A model generated the notes under the pieces. The model did no database searches. It was not told the origin of the DNA and saw only the letters and a program-made list of their open reading frames with translations. The position numbers and the translations under genes were made by a program. 64,000 nt of DNA, from contig QHZE01000458.1 of NCBI GenBank assembly GCA_003225335.1, positions 4,754 through 68,753 on the forward strand, given 5' to 3'. Origin of the DNA: Acidobacteriota bacterium. GTDB taxonomy: Bacteria > Acidobacteriota > UBA6911. Below are positions 29,295-39,589 of this stretch, in pieces. Each line of letters begins with the position of its first letter. Within the stretch, counting starts at the first letter, position 1.

Positions 29295-31877
29295 ATGGTT
29301 TCAGGCGAACGCGTGGGATTGTTGCTCTTCATGGCTGTAGCGCTTGGCTTCCTTGTCGCAGACTCCGCCCAACCCGTGATCTCGGGAGTCTCGGTGGAAG
29401 GACACAAGGGGGATGAATCGGGATCCGCCGCCCGAAAGGGGGGCGCCGATCGCTCCGGCGAAAAGCCTGTACCTGTTCTTCCGCGAGGAGTGCCGAAGAA
29501 GATCGTACTCGAACCGGATGGGATTCACCTCAGCCATCCGGGGGTGACGCAGCGTCTGGTCGCCACGGGTCACTATGGCGATGGGACCTCGTATGATGTC
29601 ACCGAGGCGTGTCAGTATGAATCCCTCGCTCCCGGAGTTGTGACGGTCAGCGCGGATGGTGTCTTGAAAGCCGTAGCCCCAGGCCGGGTATTTGTGAGAG
29701 CCCGCATGGGACGGACCAGTTCGAGAATCAGTGTGAGCGTGGCCAACAATCAAGCCGGGGTGACCGTGAATTTCGGTCAGGATCTGCTTTCGATCTTCAC
29801 CCAGAAGGCGTGCAACAACCCAACCTGTCACGGTGCCATTGCTGGTCAGAACGGCTTCAAGCTTTCGCTCTTCGGCTATGATCCCAAGGCCGATTACGAG
29901 ATGATCGTGAAAGACAAGAACGGCCGGCGTGTCGACCTTGAAAACCCAGAACAGAGCTTGATTCTGCGAAAGCCGTCGCTCAGCGTACCCCACGGCGGCG
30001 GGTTGCGGTTGCCCAAGGACTCGCAGGAGTACCAGACGATCTTGAACTGGCTGCGGCAAAGGGCCACCTACAATGCCGACGGTCCCCGCGTTGTAGACCT
30101 GGAAATCTTCCCCAAAGACCGGGTTCTTGTGGGCTTGGGAACAACCCAGCACCTTGTTGTGCTCGGGCATGTTTCGGACGGGGCGACACGTGACATGACT
30201 CGCGAGGTCCGCTACCAGGTTAAAGATGAAAACATCGTGACAGTGGAGCCTGACGGGAGAGCGAAAGCCGTGGCGCCCGGGCAAACGCACGTGATGATTC
30301 GAGGCATGGGACGTGTCAGCGTGGCGCGCGTCGGTGTGATCAAGGAGCCTCCGCCGAAAGACTATCCGAGACTGGTGGCAGACAACTTCGTTGACGAGGC
30401 CGTCTTCAAGCAACTGCGGAGGCTGAATCTGGATCCGTCGGAGTTGTCCGGCGACGACGAGTTCTTGCGCCGCGTCTACCTCGACGTGATCGGGCTTCTT
30501 CCGACGCCTGCTGAACGGGAGCGGTTTCTGCACGACGGTCGCAAGGACAAACGTGGCCGCCTCATCGACGAGCTGCTGGCACGGCCTGAGTACGCGGCAT
30601 TCTGGACTACGAAGTTTGAAGACAGCTTCCGGAACCACCAGACACCCATCCAGAGTCGGGCCCAGGGCGCTTTCAGGAGGTACATCTACAGATTTCTGGA
30701 CGAAGACCGGCCTTACGATGAGGTGGTTCGGGAGATGCTGAGCAGCGTTGGAGATCAGACTCAGAACCCCGCAGCCTGCTTCTGGGCTCCGATGGCAGAT
30801 ATCGTGGTCGACGATCTCAAAGTAAACCTGGCGACCACAACGGTGAGCCGGCTCTTTCTCGGCAGCCGAATGGAATGTGTGGAATGCCACAATCACCCGC
30901 TGGAAAATCTCACCCAGAACGACTTTTTCGACCTGAGCGCCTTTTTTGGCCAGTTGCGCCTGAAGCACGGTTACGAGGCCTATCGGCGTGTGTGGTATCT
31001 CGATCCCGACAGAAAGGTGCTGCACCCCCGGACCAAGGAGCCGCTCAAGCCGGGGATTCCGTTTGACCGGAGCTTCCCTGTGCGCAGCACCGGAGATCAT
31101 CGGGTGGATCTGGCACGATGGATCACGAAGCCAGACAACCCGTTCTTCTCCCGGGCGATTGTCAACCGGGTCTGGCGTGAGTATCTCAACGTTGGGATCG
31201 TGGAACCCTTCGACGATTTCAGAACCACTAATCCACCGAGCAACCAGGAGTTGCTCGACGGACTCGCGCACTATCTGGTTGCCAACGGCTTCCGGTTGAA
31301 GGCCGTGCATCGGGCGATTCTGAACTCCAGGACGTACCAGTTAACCTCCAGGCCCAATCGGCACAATGAGCTCGACGGCCCGCAGCTTTTCACCCACTAC
31401 AACGTACGCATGTTGCCGGCTGAGGTGATCCTCGACGCCCTGGCGCAGGTCAGCGGGGTCGAGCAGCGCTTTCAGTTCTATCCCAAGGGGACCCGTGCGA
31501 TCGACGTGATCTATCCCGATTATCCTGGTTACTTCCTGGACATCTTCGGGTATCTTCAGAGGTTGAGCCTCGAAGAACGGCGCAAGGAGCCCAGCCTGAG
31601 CCAGGCATTGCATATGATGTTCGGCGACACGGTGCTCACGAAGATACAGAGCAAAGACAATATAATCGGTCAGCTCTTGAAGGCGGGCAAGAGCGACGAA
31701 GAGATTCTGAATGAGCTGTTCTTGAAGGCGTACGCGCGCAACCCGGCAGCCGAGGAGTTGAATTTGACGAGGCGCTATTTAGCCGACGGTCAGGAGAAGG
31801 GACTCGAGAGAAAAGAAGTGTTTGATGATCTCCTATGGATCGTCTTAAACTCAAAAGAATTCATGGTTAACCACTGA
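29295..31877 (+). CDS. DUF1549/DUF1553 (PSCyt2/PSD1) domain protein with an N-terminal Big_2 Ig-like domain
   Basis: The DUF1549 region is present (RRVYLDVIGLLPTPAERERFLHD...LIDELLARPEYAAFWTTKF). A DUF1553-like CVECHNHPLEN motif is present. The RBS GAGGGTTGGAGG is present. Confidence 0.75.
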   Translation: MVSGERVGLLLFMAVALGFLVADSAQPVISGVSVEGHKGDESGSAARKGGADRSGEKPVPVLPRGVPKKIVLEPDGIHLSHPGVTQRLVATGHYGDGTSYDVTEACQYESLAPGVVTVSADGVLKAVAPGRVFVRARMGRTSSRISVSVANNQAGVTVNFGQDLLSIFTQKACNNPTCHGAIAGQNGFKLSLFGYDPKADYEMIVKDKNGRRVDLENPEQSLILRKPSLSVPHGGGLRLPKDSQEYQTILNWLRQRATYNADGPRVVDLEIFPKDRVLVGLGTTQHLVVLGHVSDGATRDMTREVRYQVKDENIVTVEPDGRAKAVAPGQTHVMIRGMGRVSVARVGVIKEPPPKDYPRLVADNFVDEAVFKQLRRLNLDPSELSGDDEFLRRVYLDVIGLLPTPAERERFLHDGRKDKRGRLIDELLARPEYAAFWTTKFEDSFRNHQTPIQSRAQGAFRRYIYRFLDEDRPYDEVVREMLSSVGDQTQNPAACFWAPMADIVVDDLKVNLATTTVSRLFLGSRMECVECHNHPLENLTQNDFFDLSAFFGQLRLKHGYEAYRRVWYLDPDRKVLHPRTKEPLKPGIPFDRSFPVRSTGDHRVDLARWITKPDNPFFSRAIVNRVWREYLNVGIVEPFDDFRTTNPPSNQELLDGLAHYLVANGFRLKAVHRAILNSRTYQLTSRPNRHNELDGPQLFTHYNVRMLPAEVILDALAQVSGVEQRFQFYPKGTRAIDVIYPDYPGYFLDIFGYLQRLSLEERRKEPSLSQALHMMFGDTVLTKIQSKDNIIGQLLKAGKSDEEILNELFLKAYARNPAAEELNLTRRYLADGQEKGLERKEVFDDLLWIVLNSKEFMVNH

Positions 31878-31894
31878 TCTTACAAGGAGAGTGC

Positions 31895-33184
31895 ATGAGA
31901 ATCGCGCCGTCCGACTTGAAGTGCTGCCAGGGCAGGAGAGATTTCATAAAAATCGGCACGATGGGACTGGGCGGCATCACCCTGGCGAGCCTGCTGAGGG
32001 ACCAGAAGCTGTTCGCCTCACCCGCGAAGGACCTCAACTGTATCGTCTTATTTCAGCTTGGAGGCAACAGCCAGGTCGACACTTTCGACCCGAAGCCTGA
32101 GGCTCCTCCCGAGGTCCGGGGCAGCTTCAAAGCCATCAAAACCGCAGTGCCGGGAATCTACTTTTCCGAGCTGCTCCCGGAGTCTGCTGCGCGGCTGAGG
32201 AAGTTTGCGGTGATTCGGTCGATGCATGGGGATGATGCGATCCATGAGAGCGCGCAGCAGTACGTGATCAGCGGCACCAAAAGGAGAAATGACCTGGTGC
32301 ACCCGGCTTTGGGATCGGTGGTGACGCACGAATGGGGTGCGAAAAACGGACTTCCCCCTTACGTTGCCGTACCGAGCATGAGTCGTTCCGGGGGAGCTGG
32401 TTTCCTGGGATCGCTTTACGACCCGTTCAATGCCGGCGATCCCAATGCCAAGAACTTCTCGGTCAAGGACCTTACCCTCCCGCTCGGAATGAAGCTGGAG
32501 CAGGCCCAGGCACGCGCGGAGCTGCTGAAAGCCCTCGATTTACGCTTCCGCCAGGTGGAACGAGCCGGCTTGCTCGAGCGCATGGATGAGTTCTATCAGA
32601 AGGCCTACGACCTGGTGAGTTCACCGGCTGCGAAGAAGGCGTTCGACATAGCGGAAGAAAGTGAAAAGACCCGGGACAGCTACGGCCGAACCGCGGTTGG
32701 CCAAGGGGCCCTGCTGGCTCGACGACTGGTGGAGTCGGGGGTGCGGGTGGTTACGGTCTTCCATGGCGGCTACGATACTCATACCGAGAATGAGCCCGGT
32801 ATGAAGAAGGTCAACACCGAGTTTGACCGCGCGTTTGCGACCCTGCTCGATGATCTGGAAAGTCGTGGGCTGCTCGAGACGACGCTAGTGCTCGTTCTGA
32901 CCGAATTCGGACGTACCCCACGCCTCAACAACTATGCGGGAAGAGATCACTGGCCGCGGTCCTTCTCGGTTGCGCTCGCGGGTGTTGAAATCAGCGGAGG
33001 TGTAGTGGTAGGAAGCACAACGCCCACGGCCTCGGACCCCAAGGATGATCCGGTGTCGGTTGAGGACCTGGCATTCACCGTCTACAAGGTCCTGGGCATC
33101 GATCCCAACAAGGAGTTCCACGCAAACGGCCGTCCCATCAAGATCGCCAACAATGGCAAGTTGATTGGCGCGCTCTTCACTTAG
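31895..33184 (+). CDS. DUF1501 family protein (sulfatase-fold, Tat signal)
   Basis: A Tat-like N-terminus (RRDFIKIGTMGLGGITLASL) is present. Motifs: VVTVFHGGYDTHTEN...VLTEFGRTP. RBS AAGGAGA. Confidence 0.8.
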   Translation: MRIAPSDLKCCQGRRDFIKIGTMGLGGITLASLLRDQKLFASPAKDLNCIVLFQLGGNSQVDTFDPKPEAPPEVRGSFKAIKTAVPGIYFSELLPESAARLRKFAVIRSMHGDDAIHESAQQYVISGTKRRNDLVHPALGSVVTHEWGAKNGLPPYVAVPSMSRSGGAGFLGSLYDPFNAGDPNAKNFSVKDLTLPLGMKLEQAQARAELLKALDLRFRQVERAGLLERMDEFYQKAYDLVSSPAAKKAFDIAEESEKTRDSYGRTAVGQGALLARRLVESGVRVVTVFHGGYDTHTENEPGMKKVNTEFDRAFATLLDDLESRGLLETTLVLVLTEFGRTPRLNNYAGRDHWPRSFSVALAGVEISGGVVVGSTTPTASDPKDDPVSVEDLAFTVYKVLGIDPNKEFHANGRPIKIANNGKLIGALFT

Positions 33185-33192
33185 GGCTCTGG

Positions 33193-33427
33193 TTCATAAA
33201 TACGGTAACGAATTTCGCCCCAGCGGGGCGCGTGGGAGCTTAGCCAGGGGTGAGCGCTTTTTGCGAACCCTGGAACAGGGCCTGCGTGACCAACGCGCCC
33301 CGGCAGGGGCAGCCAGGGGTTCGCAAAAAACGCTCACCCCTGGCTAATTTAATTTCCTCACACCCCTTCGGGGTGGAAGAGCTTTGACCCATAGGCGGGG
33401 CGGAATACGTTACCGTATTTATGGCCG
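33193..33427. mobile_element. MITE family B copy (about 235 bp)
   Basis: The TIRs are cataaatacggtaacg ... cgttaccgtatttatg. The internal inverted repeat is ttagccaggggtgagcgc...gcgctcacccctggctaa. Confidence 0.7.
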
Positions 33428-33460
33428 TGTATACTTAGGGAGTGAGACGAATGCTGAGTC

Positions 33461-35077
33461 TCAGTGTTGAGCATTGCCGGCCGTCTTTGCCTCGGGGACT
33501 ATACGAAAGAATGCCTTTTGAACCGTCTCCCGATTGGCGATGTTGTCTTGAACCTTGACTTCCAGTTCGTAATTCGACGGAGGTATCCCTTCCAGCTTGA
33601 ACACCAACGCGATGAGGACACGGTCGGGGAGAATGACGGTCTTGTGTTGTTGTGGAGCATCGATCAGGGTCGCGCCCTCGCTGTTCTTGATCAGGGCCGT
33701 CACTGCAACCTCGGGAGCGAAGGTACTGGTATCTATGGCTGATCCGTAGATCTCAAAATAGATCCCAAGGCTCCTGTCGGACTCGAACATCCCGTCCAGC
33801 GAGGGATAGACCTTCCAGCCCATGGCTGTAACGAATGGATCAGGTAGTGACTCCCCTTCTGCGGGAATGATGTAGTCTGCCAGAACGAGTGACGAGAGAG
33901 CCAGGTCCGACGGCAGTCGCGAGGGAAGATCCAGCTTTCTCTCGACCACGCCGAGCTTCCCGCTCTCCGCATCCTTTATCACGATGTTGAGCTTGTACAG
34001 GCCGGGAGGCACCGGGAGCTGCTTCTGGAAATAAACATCCCTGGAGCTTGCTGTTCCCCCCTCCTGAGTGTCGTGATAGATCGTGTCCTCGAACTCATGG
34101 ATGATTCTGCCCCCGATTGCCTGGATAGATCCGTAGAGGTGGACGGTAGCGCGGTGAAGGCCGCCGGGCAGATCCTTGTAGGTTAACCCTTCCTTGGGAA
34201 CCTTCACCGTTATCGGCACCAAAAACGCTTTATCATTGAAGAGCAGGTAGGAGTTGGCAACCAGAAATGGGACGAGATTGTAGGTGACGCGGGTCTGAAC
34301 GCTTGCTTTGAGATCGCTGAATTTGATTTCGGGCGGGCGCAGAACCTGAAAGTAGGTGTTCAGCTTTATAAATGGATTGGACAGCTTCCGATAGGCGCCT
34401 TCCCCTTCGGCTCCTAGGTCGCGCATTGCGTTCATCGTCCTGACCCGTCCCTGACGTGTTTCCTGGCCGATCATCTCATAGAACGTCTGCCCTCCACCGG
34501 GCATATGGAGCAAAGCATCTTTTTCTTCCGGGCGCAGCGCCAGGCGAAACCCGCCAGTCATGCTGGGATCCACGAATTCGAGGTCGATTCCATCCCCCAC
34601 GCCCTCGACGTGGTTGTAGTACCACTTTTCGAAGGGGTAGGTCCGTGTGGACCCTCCCCCTTCATACAACGGCCTCTGATGCATCGCTCCGGCAGAGTAG
34701 CGTTCCCGGCTTGTCGGGGGCCCGAAGACGATGTAAACCCGACCCCGATCCGTCTTCCAGCCCGGAATACCCGCGTCGCGAAAATTCTCGTTGGCGAAGG
34801 CAATCCGGCGATAGTGCTCTTCTTTGAACTCGTTGTCTGCCGTCGTCGGGTCGGTGTCCCGGCGCCTCCAGAATTGTTCGATGAAATTTTCCTTCTCCTC
34901 CGGCCCAGCCAGCTTCTGGAAGACGCTCTTCTCTTCTGGTGTGATGATGTACACCACATCTTCCTTGAGCCATTTCTCGAAGGGGTCGGACTTCGAGCCG
35001 CGACCCTCCTGGCCCTCCAATCCTGGTGTCAAGAGACCCAGGTATATCACAAATATCAAGGATATCCGACGCAACAT
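33461..35077 (-). CDS. GWxTD domain-containing protein (secreted)
   Basis: Signal peptide MLRRISLIFVIYLGLLTPG. The GWxTD region is present (VVYIITPEEKSVFQKL...EQFWRRRD...IPGWKTDRGRVYIVFGPP). The start is at the internal ATG 35077, not the ORF track's 35368. Confidence 0.7.
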   Translation of the reverse strand: MLRRISLIFVIYLGLLTPGLEGQEGRGSKSDPFEKWLKEDVVYIITPEEKSVFQKLAGPEEKENFIEQFWRRRDTDPTTADNEFKEEHYRRIAFANENFRDAGIPGWKTDRGRVYIVFGPPTSRERYSAGAMHQRPLYEGGGSTRTYPFEKWYYNHVEGVGDGIDLEFVDPSMTGGFRLALRPEEKDALLHMPGGGQTFYEMIGQETRQGRVRTMNAMRDLGAEGEGAYRKLSNPFIKLNTYFQVLRPPEIKFSDLKASVQTRVTYNLVPFLVANSYLLFNDKAFLVPITVKVPKEGLTYKDLPGGLHRATVHLYGSIQAIGGRIIHEFEDTIYHDTQEGGTASSRDVYFQKQLPVPPGLYKLNIVIKDAESGKLGVVERKLDLPSRLPSDLALSSLVLADYIIPAEGESLPDPFVTAMGWKVYPSLDGMFESDRSLGIYFEIYGSAIDTSTFAPEVAVTALIKNSEGATLIDAPQQHKTVILPDRVLIALVFKLEGIPPSNYELEVKVQDNIANRETVQKAFFRIVPEAKTAGNAQH

Positions 35078-35208
35078 AATCGCGTCCTTCAACAGCAATC
35101 TGTCCGTCCCGGCAGCCCTTCTAAAAGCACTCGCTCTAGTGCACCAGATGCTGACACATCCTTTCGAGCGCTGCAAGAGACTGAAGCCGCAGTAACGCCT
35201 TGAGAGCA

Positions 35209-36300
35209 TTACCAAGCCGCCGAACCAAAGTGCGTCAGTACTCCGATGAAGGCCTGCTCGCTGCGACCATCGAGGAAGCCAGCATCCGTGAACGTGGCGA
35301 TCGGATTCACTGGGGAGCCGGTTCCGCCCTTGACGGGGATCGGTGCCACTGTCAATAAAAACTCCCATCGTTTGCGCTTGGCGGCAGCCTCACTCAGCGC
35401 CTCGAGATCGCAGTTGTCGAAAATGGGCACACCCATGGCAATCAAGACCAGTTGGTGGATCGGCTGCGCGACACCTTCAACTCCCGATGGCATGACGTCG
35501 CTGGCGGCGTCGCTCCCGAGCATCGCCACATCCCGCGCCTTCAGCCATCGTGTACAAGATGCATGAAGCCCGGCGGATCTTGCGGCAGGATCCCAAGGAC
35601 CGACGGCTGCCCGCCTCGCCCAACGGCCCGTACGGATGAAGAGCACATCTCCGCTCGACACTTTCACCCCTGCCTTCTTCTCCCATGCCTCGAGGTCCTC
35701 GGTGTAGATGGGGATCCCGGGTTCGAGGTAAGGCACACCTTTCAGCCTCGGAATATCCATCAGGAGGCCTCGAGTGAAGATGCCGTTCTTGAGGGTTTCG
35801 ATGCCAAGCTTGGCCGCACCTTTTTCGCTCACCTGTTCTTGCGAGAAGCCATTGTACATTTTCCCTCGATAGAGCATGTGGCAGAGCGCATCGAGATGCG
35901 TGTGAGCAAAGCCGTGATAGGAGACCGTGTAGGTGTCAAGCCAGAACTGAACCGAGTCATTGATCACCAGCCGGCTCATGACGTGCCCGAAGGGCGACGG
36001 ATTGTCGACAGCTTTCTCCTTCTCGGTATCTCGTGCGAGTGAAACCGATATCCCTTCCCTGACCAGCGCCGCCGACTGCTTCCGCTTTGCCGGAGTGATA
36101 AGATTGACGGCACCGAGCTGGTCCTCCTTGCCCCATCGCCCCCAGTTGGAAAGTTCGCTCATCCACCGGTCGATATCCGCCCGAGTCAGTGTTCGCTTTT
36201 CCTGAACGAGTGCCTGGTGTAAGGTTGCCAGAGGGATCACGGCATGGGTGGCGCCCCCGACTGCTACCACTGCCAAGAAGCTGTATACGAAGATTCTCAT
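35209..36300 (-). CDS. Cyclase family protein (kynurenine formamidase-like fold), secreted
   Basis: Signal peptide MRIFVYSFLAVVAVGG. The putative-cyclase motif FAHTHLDALCH is present. Confidence 0.6.
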   Translation of the reverse strand: MRIFVYSFLAVVAVGGATHAVIPLATLHQALVQEKRTLTRADIDRWMSELSNWGRWGKEDQLGAVNLITPAKRKQSAALVREGISVSLARDTEKEKAVDNPSPFGHVMSRLVINDSVQFWLDTYTVSYHGFAHTHLDALCHMLYRGKMYNGFSQEQVSEKGAAKLGIETLKNGIFTRGLLMDIPRLKGVPYLEPGIPIYTEDLEAWEKKAGVKVSSGDVLFIRTGRWARRAAVGPWDPAARSAGLHASCTRWLKARDVAMLGSDAASDVMPSGVEGVAQPIHQLVLIAMGVPIFDNCDLEALSEAAAKRKRWEFLLTVAPIPVKGGTGSPVNPIATFTDAGFLDGRSEQAFIGVLTHFGSAAW

Positions 36301-36478
36301 TCTGAGTATCTCCCGTGAACAGGTTGACGGAATCCGGCGTGTTGCATCTCGGCCACTCTCTGGAGTGGGACTACCCCTGGCTGATCCTTCGCTAACCATC
36401 TTCCCCGGAAATGCGTTGTACTGAACATGAGGTCGAGGAGGGCGGCTGTTTGATCACGAACTGCGATCTTCCCTTCTC

Positions 36479-37918
36479 CTATTGAAGCTGCCGAATGAGG
36501 GCTGATGCCCGTTCGACGGCGACCTGCTCGGACTCCGGACGAAGAGCCACCGGCAGGCTGTAGGCCTGGACGAAGAGGTCCGGGACCGCATAGCTCTCAT
36601 GAAGCTTCCATCCGCCCTGAGGATAATCCTCGGCGCGCGGCAGGTAACCGATGGAGCCGTTCGTGTAACCCAGGACCTGTGTGTGCTGGAAGGGGGACTT
36701 GGCTTTGATGGCGAGGCCGGTCTCGAAGAAAGCCTCGACGTTCAGCCCGGTCAGAACGATGTCATTTACCCGGATAGCCTGAATCACCAGGTCGATCGTG
36801 GGAGCGCCGTCGCGCACGGCATCGACAAGGTTTTTCGACCAATCCGCCATCTTCGCGGCGACGCGAATTTCCCAGTCTTGGGCCCCACCCGCTATTCTCT
36901 CCGAGAGCGTCTTCTGCCACTTATCGCGGATCTTCTGGGCCTCCTCGAACGACGGCAGCTCGATGAACCGGAGCTTGACGATCTCTTCGGCCGCCGCCAG
37001 GTACGTGCAGGTATCCCCTTCGACAGCCAACCACGGCGTGAACAGGATGTTGGGGATTTTGCCGAGTGGTCTCCTTGGCCCTCGGCGAACGTGGGTACGC
37101 AGACTCGCCGCAACCTGCAGAGCTTCTCCTCCCAACATCCGCCCGGCCCGATTCTTGTTCTGGCGGCAGTCGACCTCGTAACCGATCCCGACTGCCGGGT
37201 TGATATTGCCGCCGCACCCCTGTAGGAATAGCGCCGTGCCGCCCAGCTCCTTTTCCAAGACCTCACGGGCCGCACCTGGATAGTCGGATGAGGCCACCAT
37301 CGAGCGGGGACCCACCGTTACGGGGTGGCACCCGTAGCTGAACTGGACGGCGATAGGACTGCCCTCGAGATCATCGACGCGGATCACGCCCACCGCCGGG
37401 TCAATGGGCGCGCCAGGCACCTCTCCCAGGACGTCTTTGCCATCGGGGCCGGTCTCACGCCGGTAGACTCCGATGTGACTCTCGCCCCAGCCCGCGCCGA
37501 TACGCGCCTCCTGCAAACTCTGGTTCGCTTCGATTGTGGCCCCGACAAGCGACCGGATGAAGTTGTCTTGATAGCGCTGCTTGACGCTTCTCTGCTCGGA
37601 CGTGATCTCCATCCAGCCAGGAAAGGCTGGGGCGCTGTGAGTGTGGCTCATGTTGAGCATCACATGGGATGCGGGTGTCTCGATCGCCTCGGCGACCTTC
37701 CGGCGCGCCTCCGACACGACTGACCCGGGAATCAGGCAGAGGTCGCAGGCGATGATAGCAACCTTGCTCGATCCGTTTGCCAGAACCAGCACTGTCGCTG
37801 TGAGGTCCGTCTCGATCGCCTGTATCGGATCTCCAAACAGCCTCAAGCCTACTTTGTCGTGTCCGGTGACGGGATTTATCACGCGGCGCACGACGCCAGC
37901 AAAGAGTGTGTTAGACAT
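36479..37918 (-). CDS. Neutral/alkaline ceramidase-like hydrolase (N-terminal domain family)
   Basis: ...VAIIACDLCLI...VMLNMSHTHSAPA... resembles the neutral ceramidase N-domain. ATG at 37918 with a GGAGG ribosome-binding site. Confidence 0.45.
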   Translation of the reverse strand: MSNTLFAGVVRRVINPVTGHDKVGLRLFGDPIQAIETDLTATVLVLANGSSKVAIIACDLCLIPGSVVSEARRKVAEAIETPASHVMLNMSHTHSAPAFPGWMEITSEQRSVKQRYQDNFIRSLVGATIEANQSLQEARIGAGWGESHIGVYRRETGPDGKDVLGEVPGAPIDPAVGVIRVDDLEGSPIAVQFSYGCHPVTVGPRSMVASSDYPGAAREVLEKELGGTALFLQGCGGNINPAVGIGYEVDCRQNKNRAGRMLGGEALQVAASLRTHVRRGPRRPLGKIPNILFTPWLAVEGDTCTYLAAAEEIVKLRFIELPSFEEAQKIRDKWQKTLSERIAGGAQDWEIRVAAKMADWSKNLVDAVRDGAPTIDLVIQAIRVNDIVLTGLNVEAFFETGLAIKAKSPFQHTQVLGYTNGSIGYLPRAEDYPQGGWKLHESYAVPDLFVQAYSLPVALRPESEQVAVERASALIRQLQ

Positions 37919-38328
37919 ACTCAACCTCCAAGGTATTACCGTGCCAATCCGGGACGACGCTCGATCGTCTGGGATCCAAAAAAGTGCGATGCGCTTTTTA
38001 CTCGGCGGCGGAATCGATCCATTTGGTGTACGTCGACCATCAGGATAGTTGTTTTACCACAAACAAAAAACAATTCGGGCCTCGATCCAGCGCCTTCGCT
38101 AGCCTTGCCCCTCTAATCCGAATGGTAAAATACCTTATTCATAATACACCAATTATAGAGAGAAGAGAGAATTTCGACCGCCTGCTCGATCCCGGCCGGC
38201 TCGACGGTGCATTGTCAGCGCGAGTTGCATGCAGCGGAGAGATCGATTCCCGAAGCTCATGTCAGAGCGAGAGGAAAGGTGGAAGCCGGTACTCCCTGGC
38301 AGATGTGAGGTGCGGCCTATCTATTTCG

Positions 38329-38357
38329 TTGACAGCGTCCTTTGTCGAATGCAAAAT
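38329..38357 (+). promoter_or_regulatory. Sigma-70-like promoter candidate (TTGACA-17 bp-CAAAAT) in an AT-rich stretch upstream of the 38395 gene
   Basis: TTGACA at 38329-38334 and CAAAAT at about 38352-38357. It lies in an unusually AT-rich island (ctatatactatattc). Confidence 0.25.
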
Positions 38358-38394
38358 ACTATATACTATATTCTTTTGGGCGCCTTAAGCACAT

Positions 38395-39567
38395 GTGCTC
38401 ATTAAACTTTCGGCTTCGGCGAGCAAAGCGGGTCCTGAGCCTTGGGTGACTCTCGGTCACTGCGCCGTCTGCCCCGCACAGGGTAGCGGGACGAAAACGA
38501 TGAGATATAAGGCGGAGAGTGGGAGCTATCTTCGACCCCATATAGGCTCGGCCTGCTGTGCGCCTGGGGTCCTTGTCTTTTGCGTTATCGTCGGGCTAAC
38601 CCGTCCTTCGCTCCCGGCGGCGGGCGAACAAAAACGGAAGCACGACGAAGCGCGGACCGATCGGTTCAAACAATGGCTGAATGGAGATGTGGTGTACATC
38701 ATCACACCAGAGGAACGCGCCGTCTTCGAGAAACTAAGCACGGACGACGAGAGGGAGCGGTTCATCGAGCAGTTCTGGAAGAGGCGCGAAGGCGGCTGGA
38801 ATCCTTCGCTCACGCCCGAAGAGTTCTATCGCGGGTATGTAGGTCGTGTCTTCGGCATAAGGGCCCTCGACACGATGCTCCGAGCTTACCGGAGCCTCGA
38901 TGAAAATGAGATGTTTATGGGCCTCGAGTCCGAGTTCAACGACTCCCACTTCTTTCTCGGACTCGGCAACTTCCTCAACTATGCCGACACGCGTGACATT
39001 CGCATGATGGGTCAATTCCACACGCAGAGTAACCCGTTTGAGGGCCCGGATTTTCCGAGATGGAACGTCAAGGAGCAGGACCGGTCTCCCTGGGTCGAGG
39101 AGTGTCGCTACCGCCGCGACCGGTTTGCCGAAGGCATCGAGCGGTTGAAAAAAGCCCTGAGCTATCGGCATCAGGCTCGCGAGAAGGTGCTACCAGGCTC
39201 GAGAGACGAGCTGGAGTATCTGATCTTCAAAACCGATACCTACATTCCGCATCTGGAAACCGTCCGGGTCCTTCTGGGAGGCTATATGGCGTATGACGCC
39301 GCCTTCCGTGCCAGGAAAAAGGGGGACGAGAAGGAGATGCTGCTCGAGCTGGACAGATGCGAGTCACTGTTCGTACGGGCGCGCGCCCTGGCGCGGGAGA
39401 CCGCAGGACAGGTTGCGGGGAAGGCGGACGACCCGACGGAGAAATACATATTGTTCCGGTACAACGTGCGTTTTGTCATCCCCATCGCCGAGTTCTGCAA
39501 GTTCATCAAGAATGTCGTGGCCTTTCATCATGGCGAGCCTACTGGTCCGAGGTGGACTGGGAGGTAA
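38395..39567 (+). CDS. Chimeric protein: N-terminal GWxTD-N-like region + C-terminal about 130-aa domain shared with the 3916-4557 and 40800-41320 loci
   Basis: DVVYIITPEERAVFEKLSTDDERERFIEQFWKRRE parallels the 33461 GWxTD protein but lacks the GWxTD motif itself. The C-terminus ELEYLIFKTDTYIPHLETV...KNVVAFHHG is paralogous to 40890-41260 and to 3916-4557. An alternative start is at 38500 (MRYKAESG..). Confidence 0.45.
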   Translation: MLIKLSASASKAGPEPWVTLGHCAVCPAQGSGTKTMRYKAESGSYLRPHIGSACCAPGVLVFCVIVGLTRPSLPAAGEQKRKHDEARTDRFKQWLNGDVVYIITPEERAVFEKLSTDDERERFIEQFWKRREGGWNPSLTPEEFYRGYVGRVFGIRALDTMLRAYRSLDENEMFMGLESEFNDSHFFLGLGNFLNYADTRDIRMMGQFHTQSNPFEGPDFPRWNVKEQDRSPWVEECRYRRDRFAEGIERLKKALSYRHQAREKVLPGSRDELEYLIFKTDTYIPHLETVRVLLGGYMAYDAAFRARKKGDEKEMLLELDRCESLFVRARALARETAGQVAGKADDPTEKYILFRYNVRFVIPIAEFCKFIKNVVAFHHGEPTGPRWTGR

Positions 39568-39589
39568 TTACCCTCGGCAGGACTTACGC

